A DNA stretch of 64,000 nt from Candidatus Heimdallarchaeum endolithica. GTDB taxonomy: Archaea; Asgardarchaeota; Heimdallarchaeia; Heimdallarchaeales; Heimdallarchaeaceae. Shown one piece after another: positions 9,501 through 20,463 of this stretch (its first letter is position 1; the number at the start of each line of letters is the position of its first letter). Location of the stretch: the NCBI GenBank assembly GCA_021513715.1, contig CP084167.1, positions 864,001-928,000 on the forward strand, given 5' to 3'. The position numbers were made by a program, and so were the translations under genes. A model generated the notes under the pieces. The model ran no database searches and had not been told where the DNA came from. It saw nothing but the letters and a program-made list of their open reading frames with translations.

Positions 9501-10445
9501 TTGACAAAAAGGATTTTAGTAACGGGTAGTTATGGACAAATAGGTCAAGTTCTTGTCCCTGCTCTAATGGACAGATATGGAAAAGAAAATATTATTGCTA
9601 CAGGAAGAAAAAAGATTCCTTCAGTTTTTAAAGAAAAAGACGTTCATTATCATCGATTAGACGTCAGAGACTTAACACAAATGCAAACTCTTCTAGTCGA
9701 ACATGATATCGATATTTTAATTCATAATGCATCTGTTCTTTCTGCCACTGGAGAAAAAAATCCTCAACTTGCACATTCAATTAATTTTGAAGGCTTTTAT
9801 AACGCTTTAGAAGCCACAAGAATGTTAAATTTAGAACAACTATTTGCTCCAAGTTCTATTGCAGCATTTGGTCCATCTACACCTAGAGAAAACACACCCA
9901 ATGATGTTATCACTCGACCAACAACAATATATGGAATAAGTAAAGTCTATATTGAGCTAATGGGAGAGTATTATCATCAAAAATATGGATTAGATTTTAG
10001 ATCTCTTCGTTACCCTGGAGTAATTTCTCCTGAAGAACCTGGAGGTGGAACAACAGATTGGGCAATTTGGATTTTCTGGGAGGCTTTACGCAATAAGAAA
10101 TACACTTGCTTCTTGAAAGAAGATACATCTCTTCCAATGATGTATATGCCAGACTGTATTAAATCAACAATTGATCTTATAGAAGCAGATAATTCGAAAC
10201 TGGAACACCGTTCATTTAATGTTACAGCATTTAGTTTAGCGCCTAAAGATTTAGTTGGGCCTATAAAAGAAGCTATTCCAGAGTTTGAGATTGCTTATGA
10301 GCCTGATTTCAGACAACAAATTGCAGAATCTTGGCCAGCTTCAATTGATGATAGTGTAGCTAGAAAAGAGTGGGGATGGAAACCAGACTACGATATTCCT
10401 GCAATGACAAAAGATATGTTAGAAAAAATTTCTAAAATGATTTAA
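9501..10445 (+). CDS. SDR-type L-threonine 3-dehydrogenase / NAD-dependent epimerase family
   Basis: TGSYGQIG, LSATGE, PSSIAAFG, YGISK and GGGTTD motifs. Confidence 0.85.
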   Translation: MTKRILVTGSYGQIGQVLVPALMDRYGKENIIATGRKKIPSVFKEKDVHYHRLDVRDLTQMQTLLVEHDIDILIHNASVLSATGEKNPQLAHSINFEGFYNALEATRMLNLEQLFAPSSIAAFGPSTPRENTPNDVITRPTTIYGISKVYIELMGEYYHQKYGLDFRSLRYPGVISPEEPGGGTTDWAIWIFWEALRNKKYTCFLKEDTSLPMMYMPDCIKSTIDLIEADNSKLEHRSFNVTAFSLAPKDLVGPIKEAIPEFEIAYEPDFRQQIAESWPASIDDSVARKEWGWKPDYDIPAMTKDMLEKISKMI

Positions 10446-10585
10446 TTTTTTGCAATAACATGTAAAACTCCACATTAAATTTTTTTCCATTTTTTATAGT
10501 TTAGGACTTTTTTCACCAACTATTTACTTGAAAAATCTCTTCTTTAAGAAAAATTAAAAAGGAGAAAACAAATGAACGGAATGGA

Positions 10586-12022
10586 ATGAAAATAATGAAA
10601 GAAGGATTAACTTTTGATGATGTTCTTCTTATTCCTAAACGCTCTTCTGTCCGTTCTAGACGAGAAATAGATACATCAACACAATTGTCTAGGAATATCA
10701 AGTTGAATATCCCAATAGTTAGTGCAAATATGGATACAGTTACAGAGAGTGCAATGGCTATTGTAATGGCACAACAAGGAGGAATAGGAATTATTCATAG
10801 GTTCATGCCTATTGTTGAACAAGTAAATGAAGTTAACAAAGTCAAACGAGCTGAAATGATAAGAATAGACAATCCTTATTGTTTAAAACCTGAAACCTCA
10901 TTACAAGAAGCAAAGGAGTTCATGAAGGAAAAAGGTATTTCAGGGTTGCTTATTACAGATAATAATAACATTTTACAGGGAATTCTTACTTCTCGAGATA
11001 TTAAATTTACTGAAAATGAAAATGTTTTAGTTAAAGAACTAATGTCTAAAGATCTAATTACAGCTAAACCAGATATTTCAATAGAAGAAGCAAAAAACAT
11101 TCTAAAGAAGAATAGAATTGAAAAGCTTCCTCTTGTTGATGAAAAAGGAGTAGTAAGAGGTTTAATAACAGCTACAGATATCATTAAAGCTAAAATATTA
11201 CCAAAAGCAAGCAAAGACTCTAAAGGAAGATTAAGAGTAGGTGCAGCTATAGGAGTGGTAGGTGATTACTTAGAAAGAGCAGAAGCTCTTTACAATGCTG
11301 GAGCTGATGTTCTGGTTTTAGATATTGCACATGGTCACTCTGATTTAGCAATAAATGCAATCAAAAAAATTAGGAAAAATCTTGGAGATATAGAACTAAT
11401 CGCGGGAAATGTTGCTACAGCAGAAGGAGCGAAGGACCTAATTGAAGCAGGGAGTGATGGAATTAAAACTGGAGTTGGTCCTGGTTCAATCTGTATCACA
11501 AGAGTAGTTGCTGGAGCTGGTGTCCCACAACTTACTGCTATTATGGAAACATCTAAAGTTGCTAAAGAGTTTGGTGTACCTGTTATTGCAGATGGGGGGA
11601 TAAGAACTTCAGGAGATATAACTAAAGCTATAGCAGCAGGGGCACAAACAGTTATGATTGGAAGCTTACTTGCAGGAACAGAAGAGAGTCCAGGAGCTGC
11701 TATTCTAAGACAAGGTAGGCGATACAAAGTAGTTAGGGGTATGGCATCTCTTGGAGCTACTTTAGGGAGAGAAGCAAAAGAGAAGAAAGGAAGTTTTGAT
11801 GAATTTGATTTAGGTTCTGTTGTCCCTGAAGGAGTAGAAGCAATGGTCCCATATCGTGGCTCAGCTGTAGATGTGTTGAATCAATTAGTTGGTGGATTTA
11901 GAAGTGGAGTAAGTTATTGTGGAGCTACCTCAATTCAGGAAATGCAAGAGAAAGCTGAATTCATAAAAATAACTTCTGCAGGAAGAAAAGAATCAACATC
12001 TCATGATGTAGAATTAATATAA
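10586..12022 (+). CDS. guaB: IMP dehydrogenase with CBS pair
   Basis: [17 protein letters not shown], catalytic [15 protein letters not shown] and PEGVE motifs. Confidence 0.97.
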   Translation: MKIMKEGLTFDDVLLIPKRSSVRSRREIDTSTQLSRNIKLNIPIVSANMDTVTESAMAIVMAQQGGIGIIHRFMPIVEQVNEVNKVKRAEMIRIDNPYCLKPETSLQEAKEFMKEKGISGLLITDNNNILQGILTSRDIKFTENENVLVKELMSKDLITAKPDISIEEAKNILKKNRIEKLPLVDEKGVVRGLITATDIIKAKILPKASKDSKGRLRVGAAIGVVGDYLERAEALYNAGADVLVLDIAHGHSDLAINAIKKIRKNLGDIELIAGNVATAEGAKDLIEAGSDGIKTGVGPGSICITRVVAGAGVPQLTAIMETSKVAKEFGVPVIADGGIRTSGDITKAIAAGAQTVMIGSLLAGTEESPGAAILRQGRRYKVVRGMASLGATLGREAKEKKGSFDEFDLGSVVPEGVEAMVPYRGSAVDVLNQLVGGFRSGVSYCGATSIQEMQEKAEFIKITSAGRKESTSHDVELI

Positions 12023-12103
12023 AATTGAAATTTTTTAAACACTGTTTTAATATTTTTTTTAAAAAAATATTTATAAAGATTTATTTTACGATAGTCTTAA
12101 CTA

Positions 12104-13543
12104 ATGAATAGTGTTGATGGGGTAAGTCTGGTAATTGGTGATATTTGTAAAAAGAATATTCGTTTTTTATTAGAAAAAAGGAATAATTCTCTTTTACCTT
12201 ATAGCCCACATTGCTTCTCAACAATTCTAGCTGACTTTACAGACAAAGATAAGCAATTATTTGAAAAAGTAAAGAAAAGATATGGGTTAATTACTATCGA
12301 TATGTTGTATCGATTAGTAGGATTAAGGATTCTGATTGAAAAAAGGCTCATTAGCATCCATAGGAAAGGAGAAGAAGAAATAGATGATACTTATAAAAGG
12401 ATACAAAAAATAGATCAATTCCAATTATGTTTATTTCTTCATTCAATGCATGAGTGTGGAGAATATTCATTTTTTTCTGAAAAAAGAAATAAAAGAACAA
12501 TAATTAAACAATATTTCTTTACTCCTCCTTATTCTGTAAAAATAAGAAAAAGAAACACTAGATGGTTTAATTTTAGTAAAATAGCTAAAAAGATAGAAAA
12601 TCCAAAAATTTGTTTTAACCCCCTTTCAAACCTTTTTCTTGAAACTTTCTTCAACAGAAAAAAAAATTTATTTGAAACTATCAAGTGTTTGGAAAATAAA
12701 GAAGAAAATGCAAAAATTAATTCAGATTTATGGCTTTTTAAGCATAAATCACCCATCATTCCTCCAGGCAACTATATTAACACTTTTGTGATTGGTAATC
12801 AACATAAGTACATTATTGATCCTGCTGCAGATAGCAAAAAAGAAATGATTAAATCTGGTTTTCTAGATTTTCTAGAAAAAAACATTAACGAAATAGATGG
12901 TATATTACTTACACATTCACATATAGATCATTGTAACCAGATAGACTTTATTAACCAAAGATATAGCATTCCTGTTTTTAGTTCAATGAAAACAGCCATT
13001 AAATTATCAGAGAATACAAACTTTAAAATTGATGGTTATTTAGAAGATGATCAACTTATCTATTTAGGAGATTTTCCTTTTTCAGAAAAAAAATGGAAAC
13101 TAAAAGTTATCAATCTTAATGGGCATACAAAAGGGTCTATCGGCTTTTTAGACACCAATCGCAGATATTTATTTAGTGGAGATTTTATTTTTGAGGATAG
13201 ACAAACTCTAGTAGATCCTTACTATGGTTCTTTAGAAGATTTAAGAAAAAACATCAAAAAATTACTTAAACTGAATATCACTTTTATTCATCCTGCACAT
13301 GGAGATATATTTAAGTTTAACAAATTATGGGCTAAAAAAAATCTTTTACTCCTGGATAATCAAGAAGAGAAAATAAAAGAAGGTTTGAGAAATGGTTATT
13401 CCTCAATTGCTGAAATAACAAAATATGTTTTTTCTGATAATTTCGATCATGCTGGAAAATTACTCACTCTTGCACATATTCAATATCTTGAAGAAAAAAA
13501 CATTGTTAATAAAAGAGGAGAAGACTATTTTTTAAATAAGTAA
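12104..13543 (+). CDS. Metallo-beta-lactamase fold hydrolase (LACTB2-like) with long N-terminal extension
   Basis: THSHIDH, GHT, FSGD and PAHG motifs; C-terminal winged-helix-like segment. Confidence 0.8.
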   Translation: MNSVDGVSLVIGDICKKNIRFLLEKRNNSLLPYSPHCFSTILADFTDKDKQLFEKVKKRYGLITIDMLYRLVGLRILIEKRLISIHRKGEEEIDDTYKRIQKIDQFQLCLFLHSMHECGEYSFFSEKRNKRTIIKQYFFTPPYSVKIRKRNTRWFNFSKIAKKIENPKICFNPLSNLFLETFFNRKKNLFETIKCLENKEENAKINSDLWLFKHKSPIIPPGNYINTFVIGNQHKYIIDPAADSKKEMIKSGFLDFLEKNINEIDGILLTHSHIDHCNQIDFINQRYSIPVFSSMKTAIKLSENTNFKIDGYLEDDQLIYLGDFPFSEKKWKLKVINLNGHTKGSIGFLDTNRRYLFSGDFIFEDRQTLVDPYYGSLEDLRKNIKKLLKLNITFIHPAHGDIFKFNKLWAKKNLLLLDNQEEKIKEGLRNGYSSIAEITKYVFSDNFDHAGKLLTLAHIQYLEEKNIVNKRGEDYFLNK

Positions 13544-13599
13544 TTTTATTCATATATTTTAAGGATTAAGTTTTTAAAATATTTTTTTAACGTAAAAAT

Positions 13600-15042
13600 A
13601 TGACTGTTAATGTTCTCACAGATAAATGTGAAATTTCCAAATGTAATACTGAGTGTATAGAAGTTTGTCCTCAGAACAAAAAAGACATTACAGCTATTAA
13701 GATTGAACAGAATAAAGCTAGGATAATTCACAAAAATTGTATTGAATGTCTGTTATGTATTCAATATTGTCCTCTTAAAGCAATAGAAATTCAGAAAACT
13801 AAAGAAAAAGAAGTAAAAAATAAAAGAAGAAAAAAAAACAAAGAGAAGTCAAAATATTCTCTTTTCGAAATTGATGAAAAGATATTTCAACCTATGAGTG
13901 AAAAAAGAACTATTTTTGCTAGAGTTATGTGGGATGATACTTTTGAAGGTTATCAGAAGGGTATATTTGAAGGTGCAAAAAACAAAATACCTCTAAATTT
14001 AGATGGATATTCTGAGATCGAACATGCTGCTATTTCTGGTGCATGGGCAGTTGATGGTATAATTGGAATGTTTGAAAGAGAGCAATTAGCAAAAATGAAC
14101 GAAGAACCAAAGAACGTTGGTGACAGTAGAGGAGTTGAAAAAAAGAAAGATTTACTTAATCCTGAACAAAGTGCTAAAACAAAACGAACTTTAGAAAATA
14201 ACCCTTCAGAGTTAACTTCTTGGGTAAAAAAAGTAGCCATGTTTTATGGAGCAGATCTAGTAGGAATCACACCAATCGATCTCAAATGGATTTACACTGA
14301 AGATAGACAAGGAAATCCTTTGAACCTTCCTGAAGGATTAACAAATGTAATTGTTTTTGCTGTAGAAATGGATATTGATGCAATTAACACAGCTCCGAAA
14401 TATCCTAGCGGAATTGCCACTGGTCTAGGCTATTCTAAAATGGCTTTTATTCGCACTTTACTTACATTTTTTATTAGAAGAATGGGTTATAAAGCTATTC
14501 CTGCTGGGAATAATATTGCTCTTTCAGTCCCACTTGCTGTAGAAGCTGGACTTGGAGGATATGGAAGGCATGGATTACTTATTACAAAAAAATTTGGTCC
14601 AAGAGTAAGAATAGCAAAAGTATTAACTGATATGCCTTTAATTCCAGACAAACCAGATTATAAATTTGTAAAAGCAGTTGAACGTTTTTGTAAAACATGT
14701 AAAACTTGCGCTAAAAAATGTCCAAGTAACTCAATTCCTTTTGATAAAGAACCAAGTTTTGACATTCAAAGTAAAGTAAGTAACAATCCAGGAATTAAAA
14801 AGTGGTATGTAAATGTTGAAACTTGCTATATGTTTTGGACAGAAAATGGATGTGATTGCAGCAGATGTATATCTGATTGTGAATATAATCATGTATATAC
14901 TCTTCCCCATAAAATTGTTAATTGGATTGTAATGAATCTTCCCTTTCTCAATCCTATTTGGCCATTAATGGGAAAACTACTTGGCTATGGAGGAAACAAA
15001 TCAGCAAAGAAGTTCTGGAAGAAAATAAAAGTTTCACCCTAA
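13600..15042 (+). CDS. Reductive dehalogenase-like (cobalamin/Fe-S) protein with N-terminal ferredoxin domain
   Basis: GADLVGI, PLAVEAGLG..GRHGLLIT.KFGPRVR, TDMPL.PDKP, FCKTCKTCAKKCP and CSRCISDC; N-terminal Cys clusters (CIECLLCIQYCP). Confidence 0.85.
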   Translation: MTVNVLTDKCEISKCNTECIEVCPQNKKDITAIKIEQNKARIIHKNCIECLLCIQYCPLKAIEIQKTKEKEVKNKRRKKNKEKSKYSLFEIDEKIFQPMSEKRTIFARVMWDDTFEGYQKGIFEGAKNKIPLNLDGYSEIEHAAISGAWAVDGIIGMFEREQLAKMNEEPKNVGDSRGVEKKKDLLNPEQSAKTKRTLENNPSELTSWVKKVAMFYGADLVGITPIDLKWIYTEDRQGNPLNLPEGLTNVIVFAVEMDIDAINTAPKYPSGIATGLGYSKMAFIRTLLTFFIRRMGYKAIPAGNNIALSVPLAVEAGLGGYGRHGLLITKKFGPRVRIAKVLTDMPLIPDKPDYKFVKAVERFCKTCKTCAKKCPSNSIPFDKEPSFDIQSKVSNNPGIKKWYVNVETCYMFWTENGCDCSRCISDCEYNHVYTLPHKIVNWIVMNLPFLNPIWPLMGKLLGYGGNKSAKKFWKKIKVSP

Positions 15043-15108
15043 TTTCATCATCTTTTATCCTTTTTTTCTCTATATTGCTTCATCTTTCCTTATCTATTTT
15101 TTTATTTC

Positions 15109-15975
15109 CTATTTTTCAATGAAAGAATCAAGACTTATTTGTCCTTCATATTTATCTCTTAAAGGTTTGATTGGTGAAAAACCTTTTTTTTCAAATTCTT
15201 TAGTTAATTTTTTAGCTGTTGGTGGAGCAAATCCTGTCAAGTGATTATTTACATAAATAAAACATATATCCTTATCTTTATCTTTTGAAAAATAGTAAGA
15301 AACAAGTTCTGCTATATCTTTAAGGAAGTTAGATCTATCTAGGATCACTTTACCTTCCTCAATATTAACGTCCCAAGAACCTATTAGTCTCAAATAGAAG
15401 TAATTTACTTCAACTTGATCAATTATTTTAAACTTAATATAAGGAAGAAAAGAACTTACAATTCCTACTTTAAAACTATTCAACAATTCAAAGATATCGT
15501 TTGAAAACCAATTTTCATCTCTAAATTCAATTGTTAATTTAAACTGTTTCAATGGAAAGTTCTCTAGAAAGGTTTCCAAATTTTTTACTGTTTTTTTATC
15601 TTTCTTAAAACTAGGTGAGAACTGTAGAACTAGAGGACCTAAATTTTTCTCTAAAGGTTTTATTGCTTCAAGAAATTGATTAAGTTCTTCTTGAGTTTGA
15701 GAAACATTTTCTGCTTGGGAAATCGTTTTCGGTAATTTAGCAGTAATAATAAATCCTTCAGGCAAACTTTTAGCCCATCTTTGTACTGTTTCTTTACTAG
15801 GAATAGAATAATAAGTTGAATTAATTTCTACTGTAGGAAATTGTGTAACATAATATGAAAGAAGTTTATCTTGGGAAATTGAAGGAGGATAAAAACCACC
15901 TTTCTTAGACATCCAACTATTGTAGTTAAAACCTGTACATCCTACATAAATTTTCTTTGTTTCCATTATTTTCAA
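15109..15975 (-). CDS. DUF72 family protein
   Basis: VGCTGF.Y..W, FY P, TVEINSTYY, LQFSPSF, IEFR and NNH motifs. Confidence 0.9.
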   Translation of the reverse strand: MKIMETKKIYVGCTGFNYNSWMSKKGGFYPPSISQDKLLSYYVTQFPTVEINSTYYSIPSKETVQRWAKSLPEGFIITAKLPKTISQAENVSQTQEELNQFLEAIKPLEKNLGPLVLQFSPSFKKDKKTVKNLETFLENFPLKQFKLTIEFRDENWFSNDIFELLNSFKVGIVSSFLPYIKFKIIDQVEVNYFYLRLIGSWDVNIEEGKVILDRSNFLKDIAELVSYYFSKDKDKDICFIYVNNHLTGFAPPTAKKLTKEFEKKGFSPIKPLRDKYEGQISLDSFIEK

Positions 15976-16142
15976 TAGTAATTTAGACTTTTTTATTAAA
16001 ATACCTTTGTGAAGATTTTTATGTCAAAGGGTTTTTGAAAAATCGATGAACCTTTACTAGACTTTTTCTAATTAACCTCTACATTGTATTGCGGATGAAA
16101 CTACCAATATTGATTTAAAAAAGGACACTTATTGTAAATTGC

Positions 16143-16200
16143 CCTAGTACCCCAAGTAAAAACTAGGAAATAGGGGGTTTATGGTTTTCTCCCCCTATTT
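16143..16200. other. Two abutting stem-loops in the intergenic region upstream of lat
   Basis: CCTAGT/ACTAGG (16143-16167) and AAATAGGGGG/CCCCCTATTT (16168-16200). Confidence 0.5.
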
Positions 16201-16331
16201 ATCTTCTTCTTCAGAAATTAATTTATTATTGATTACCTATTTTTTTTGTCGAATATAAGTTTTCAGAGTATATACAAAAAAATTGATATAGAAAAGACCA
16301 TATCTTTGGTAGAATATTAGGAGGAATAGGT

Positions 16332-17645
16332 TTGACAGCATTAGATATTTTAAAAAAGCACATGCTTGTAGATGGTTATCCTATTGTGTTAGATTTACAA
16401 AAAAGCGAAGGTTGCCACATTTATGACAAAATTTCAGGAAAAAGATATCTTGATTTCTTTTCTTTCTTTGCATCTGCACCTTTAGGAATGAATCATCCTA
16501 AACTTACTACTAAGGAATTTAAAGATAAATTAGCTTATGTAGCAGTAAATAAACCGAGTAATAGCGATTTTTATACAGATGAACTTGCAGAGTTTGTAGA
16601 CACTTTGGAGAAAATAGGTATGCCAGACTTTTTACCAAATTTGTTTTTAATTAGTGGAGGAGCTCTCGCAGTTGAAAATGCACTTAAAGCAGCATTTGAT
16701 TGGAAGGTTAGGAAAAATTTCTCTAAAGGTATTAAAGAAGAAAAAGGACATCAAATTATTCATTTTAAAGAAGCTTTTCATGGAAGAACAGGATATACTC
16801 TATCATTGACTAATACTTTTGATCCTAGGAAATATATTTATTTTCCAAGATTCAATTGGCCTAGAGTTTTAAATCCTAAAATCACTTTTCCATTAGAAAA
16901 GAACATTGATGAAGTTAAACATGCAGAAGAACAGAGCCTTAGTGAAATAAGAGAAGCGATTTCTTCAAACAAGGATGATATTGCAGGAATTATAATTGAA
17001 CCTATACAAGGTGAAGGAGGAGATAATCATTTTAGACCAGAATTTTTCCATGAACTACGAAAAATTGCAGATGAAGAAGAAATTATTTTGATTTATGATG
17101 AAGTCCAAACAGGTGTAGGATTAACAGGAAAATTCTGGGCTTTTGAGCATTTTGGAGAAAAAGGAAAACCTGACATTATTAGTTTTGGTAAGAAAATGCA
17201 AGTCTGCGGAATAATGGCTTCTGACAGGATAAAAGAAGTAGAAAATAATGTTTTCGAAGAGTCAAGCCGCATCAATAGCACATGGGGTGGAAACTTAATA
17301 GATATTGTTAGAGCAACAAAGTACTTAGAAGTGATAAAAGAAGAAAATCTTGTTGAAAATGCTTCTAAACAAGGAGAATACATATTGAAATTACTAACAG
17401 AGATTCAAGAAAAATATCCTGATAAAATAAATAATGTTAGAGGAAAAGGTCTTATGATAGCTTTTGATTTACCAAATAGTGAAATTAGAGACAAACTTAA
17501 GAACATTGCATTTGATAAAGAATTAATAATCCTTCCATCTGGATCTAAATCTATTCGTTTCAGACCCCCACTTATCATTAACCAAGAGATTATTGATGAA
17601 GTATTTTCTATTCTAGAAGAATCAATAAAAGAAGTACAAATTTAA
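16332..17645 (+). CDS. lat: L-lysine 6-aminotransferase
   Basis: KPSNSD, GALAVENALKAAFDWK, AFHGRTGY, EPIQGEGGD, DEVQTG, FGKK and SSRINSTWGG; SD AGGAGG upstream. Confidence 0.93.
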   Translation: MTALDILKKHMLVDGYPIVLDLQKSEGCHIYDKISGKRYLDFFSFFASAPLGMNHPKLTTKEFKDKLAYVAVNKPSNSDFYTDELAEFVDTLEKIGMPDFLPNLFLISGGALAVENALKAAFDWKVRKNFSKGIKEEKGHQIIHFKEAFHGRTGYTLSLTNTFDPRKYIYFPRFNWPRVLNPKITFPLEKNIDEVKHAEEQSLSEIREAISSNKDDIAGIIIEPIQGEGGDNHFRPEFFHELRKIADEEEIILIYDEVQTGVGLTGKFWAFEHFGEKGKPDIISFGKKMQVCGIMASDRIKEVENNVFEESSRINSTWGGNLIDIVRATKYLEVIKEENLVENASKQGEYILKLLTEIQEKYPDKINNVRGKGLMIAFDLPNSEIRDKLKNIAFDKELIILPSGSKSIRFRPPLIINQEIIDEVFSILEESIKEVQI

Positions 17646-17672
17646 TTATTTCTTCTATTTTTTTTAGTCTAA

Positions 17673-18674
17673 AGCATGTCCAAAAATTCTTTTTCACCTA
17701 CTAAACGGTCCGAAGGAGTAAAAGGTAGTTGTAACAGAGAAGAGAACTGTACAAGGTAGAGAGGATGGTGGAGGGTAAACGATCAAGGATTGGGGGAAGA
17801 GAGAGTTTAAGGAGACCAAAGACGTGTTCAATACTACTACGATACTCGGGATGATGATTACGACGATACAGACCAGGGTAGAGACGATGAGCTTGAACTA
17901 TTGGTCCGAGGGGAGGAGGAGAGGGATAACGAGCATTACTTTTTGGGGGAATAACAGGAAAAAAGGAATGTTGGCTAAGAAGTCCCACGATATTTTCTGT
18001 CCAGTAGGCACAGTCTCCATAAAATCGCAAGAAAGGTCTCAAGAGTGCAGAAGGAAGTTTCTGCCAGAGTAAACCGAAGACTTTACTATCATGAGTGTTA
18101 CTAGCAGAATGAGCGAGAGAGACTATAGCTCGAGAGGGTAAACCAACTATAAGGTGTATCTTCCAGAAAAGTTTAGAGGTTTTCTTTAGTGTCCCTCTTG
18201 ACCATTTGAGAAAACGCCAAACAGAAGCTTGACGGATTTTAAACCCTGAACTATCCACTGCCATAGCTTTCAAGCCTTTTTTCCTCACTATTTCCCTACC
18301 TAAATCTATTATCCACTGCTCTAAGATTTTACTTTCTGTCGCTCTCCACACTGCATGAAAAGTAGATTTAGAAGGAATCTTCTTCATCCACCCCTCTTCT
18401 ATCAAAAAATCGCATAAAGACAACTTTTCCTCTAACTTCCTCCAAGCTATCCCTTCTATTCTAGCAATGATTGCTAAAGCCAGTATCACCCATCTTTCTG
18501 CTATTCTCTTTCTCCCTCTCTTGCTTTCTCTCGGTTCCTCTTTCACCAGTTTCTTAAGGAAAGGTTCATTAATGATTATGAATTCTCTTGCTTTGTGGGG
18601 GTCTATGATCTGAAAGAAATTCATACTTCCGACATAAACCCCCACATTAATAAAAATTAATTTTTGGACATGCT
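17673..18674 (-). mobile_element. IS5-family (ISH1-like) insertion sequence, copy 2, with 8-bp target site duplication TAGTCTAA
   Basis: Same TIRs as copy 1; TAGTCTAA at 17665-17672 and 18675-18682. Confidence 0.93.
17701..18645 (-). CDS. DDE transposase (IS5 family), protein identical to 374..1318
   Basis: Identical translation. Confidence 0.9.
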   Translation of the reverse strand: MGVYVGSMNFFQIIDPHKAREFIIINEPFLKKLVKEEPRESKRGRKRIAERWVILALAIIARIEGIAWRKLEEKLSLCDFLIEEGWMKKIPSKSTFHAVWRATESKILEQWIIDLGREIVRKKGLKAMAVDSSGFKIRQASVWRFLKWSRGTLKKTSKLFWKIHLIVGLPSRAIVSLAHSASNTHDSKVFGLLWQKLPSALLRPFLRFYGDCAYWTENIVGLLSQHSFFPVIPPKSNARYPSPPPLGPIVQAHRLYPGLYRRNHHPEYRSSIEHVFGLLKLSLPPILDRLPSTILSTLYSSLLCYNYLLLLRTV

Positions 18675-18871
18675 TAGTCTAATTAATAATTAACTTCTTA
18701 AAATTAGTCATTTAAATAGTATTAATTACGTTTCTTTGATGTTTTTTGGTAAGATAGGTTCTTGTTATATAATAAAAGTATTATATTGGTCAACTGTTTT
18801 ACTAAGTATTTTGCGGTATTGTTAAAAAGGGTGAGAGGAAAACAGCTTATCAAAAAAAAAAGGTAAAAAAA

Positions 18872-19768
18872 ATGCCATTAGTAGAATGTGTTCCTAATTT
18901 TTCAGAAGGAAGAAGAAAGGAAGTTGTAGACAAAATTGTCGAAGAAATACTAAAAAGTGGAAAAATCACTTTACTTGATTCAAGAATGGATCCAGACCAT
19001 AATCGTGCAGTAGTAACTTTTATCGGAGAACCTCAAGAATGTTTCAAAGCGGCTTTTGCAGGTTGTAAAAAAGCTTCAGAGCTTATTGATATGGACCAAC
19101 ATGCAGGAGAACACAACCGCTTTGGTGCTACAGATGTGATTCCCTTTATCCCTATCAGTGACATTACTATTGAAGAGTGTGCTGAACTTGCTGATAAACT
19201 TGCCAAGAAAATTGGAGAGGAATTAAATATTCCTACTTATCTTTATGGTGCAGCAGCAAAAAGACCAGAACGTGAGGTTCTTCAGAAGTATAGAACAAAA
19301 TCATTTCAATATGAACAACTTAAAGAAGAAATAGCAACAAATCCTCTGTATGAACCTGATTATGGTCCTAAAGAAGTTCCAAAGGCTGGAGCAACTAATG
19401 TAGGCGCAAGAGAGTTTTTAATAGCTTATAATGTTTATCTTGATACTAATGACAAAGAAATTGCAGCAAAGATTTCAAGAGCAATCCGTTTTAGTGGAGG
19501 AGGATTAAGGTATATCCAAGCAGGTCCCATGGAGATTAAAGAGAGAAATTGTGTCCAAGTAAGTATGAATATAACAAATTACAAAGGAACGCCTATTCAT
19601 TGTGTTTTGGATATGATTAGAAGAGAAGCAGCTCAATATGGAGTAAGTGTTACTGAAACTGAGGTTTATGGTATGATTCCATTGGATGCTTTGCTTGATG
19701 CTGCAATATATTATCTTCAACTGCACAACTTTGATAAACAACAAATAATAGAAAAAAGAATAGAATAA
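18872..19768 (+). CDS. Glutamate formiminotransferase
   Basis: LVECVPNFSEGR, DHNRAV, GATDVIPF and QVSMNITNY motifs. Confidence 0.93.
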   Translation: MPLVECVPNFSEGRRKEVVDKIVEEILKSGKITLLDSRMDPDHNRAVVTFIGEPQECFKAAFAGCKKASELIDMDQHAGEHNRFGATDVIPFIPISDITIEECAELADKLAKKIGEELNIPTYLYGAAAKRPEREVLQKYRTKSFQYEQLKEEIATNPLYEPDYGPKEVPKAGATNVGAREFLIAYNVYLDTNDKEIAAKISRAIRFSGGGLRYIQAGPMEIKERNCVQVSMNITNYKGTPIHCVLDMIRREAAQYGVSVTETEVYGMIPLDALLDAAIYYLQLHNFDKQQIIEKRIE

Positions 19769-19771
19769 AAG

Positions 19772-20422
19772 GTGAAAAGAATGGTAGAAGAATTGCTAAT
19801 TAACAAAAAAATAGTAGATTTTTTGGATGAACTTGCTTCAGATAGCCCTGCTCCTGGAGGAGGTTCAGCAGCTTGTATTGCTGGAGCAATGGGTGCGTCC
19901 CTAGGATCAATGGTTGCAAGACTAACCATTGGTAAGAAGGGATATGAAGAAGTAGAAGATTTTTTCAAAGAGAAACTAAAAAAAACAGAAGAACTAAGAA
20001 AAGACTTGACTAATCTAGTAGATAAAGATGCTAATGCTTTCACTGGAGTAATAGAAGCTTTCAAGATGCCAAAAGAAACAGAAGAACAAAAAGCTGCTCG
20101 TTCTGCAAAAATTCTTGAAGAATATAAAAAAGCAGCTGAAGTCCCAATGTTAACTTGTAAAAAATGTAGAGAAGTCATCGACTTACTAGTAGAGATGGGT
20201 ACTAAAGGAAATAAAAATGCTCTTTCTGATATTGCTGTAGGAGCTCTCTGTGCACTAACTGGTCTTCGTTCTGCAGCACACAATGTAGAAATTAATCTCG
20301 GTTACATAAAAACAAAAGATGCAGAATATGCAGATAAGATGTACAAGGAGCTAGAAGAGCTCTTAGAAGGAATAGAAGAAAAAGTTAACAAACTTGATGA
20401 TGACGTAAGAGCTACTTTCTAG
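19772..20422 (+). CDS. Formiminotetrahydrofolate cyclodeaminase / methenyl-THF cyclohydrolase
   Basis: LASDSPAPGGGSAA, GNKNALSD and NVEINL motifs. Confidence 0.93.
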   Translation: MKRMVEELLINKKIVDFLDELASDSPAPGGGSAACIAGAMGASLGSMVARLTIGKKGYEEVEDFFKEKLKKTEELRKDLTNLVDKDANAFTGVIEAFKMPKETEEQKAARSAKILEEYKKAAEVPMLTCKKCREVIDLLVEMGTKGNKNALSDIAVGALCALTGLRSAAHNVEINLGYIKTKDAEYADKMYKELEELLEGIEEKVNKLDDDVRATF

Positions 20423-20463
20423 TTTTCTTTTTTTTTAGAAGATAGTTTTAATTAAGAAAAAAT

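Noticed and set aside
12049-12071. A/T palindrome downstream of guaB
   Set aside because: Low-complexity T/A tracts typical of archaeal terminator/promoter DNA in this AT-rich genome
346-18674. Composite transposon formed by the two directly oriented IS5 copies
   Set aside because: Copy 2 has its own TSD, the outer flanks (TTTAATAA / TAGTCTAA) do not match, and the cargo is housekeeping (guaB, lat)
19717-20283. Long antisense ORFs (e.g. 19717..20283, 11335..11727, 59895..60434, 46276..46707, 63691..63906)
   Set aside because: They overlap well-supported genes on the opposite strand or in another frame and have no motifs
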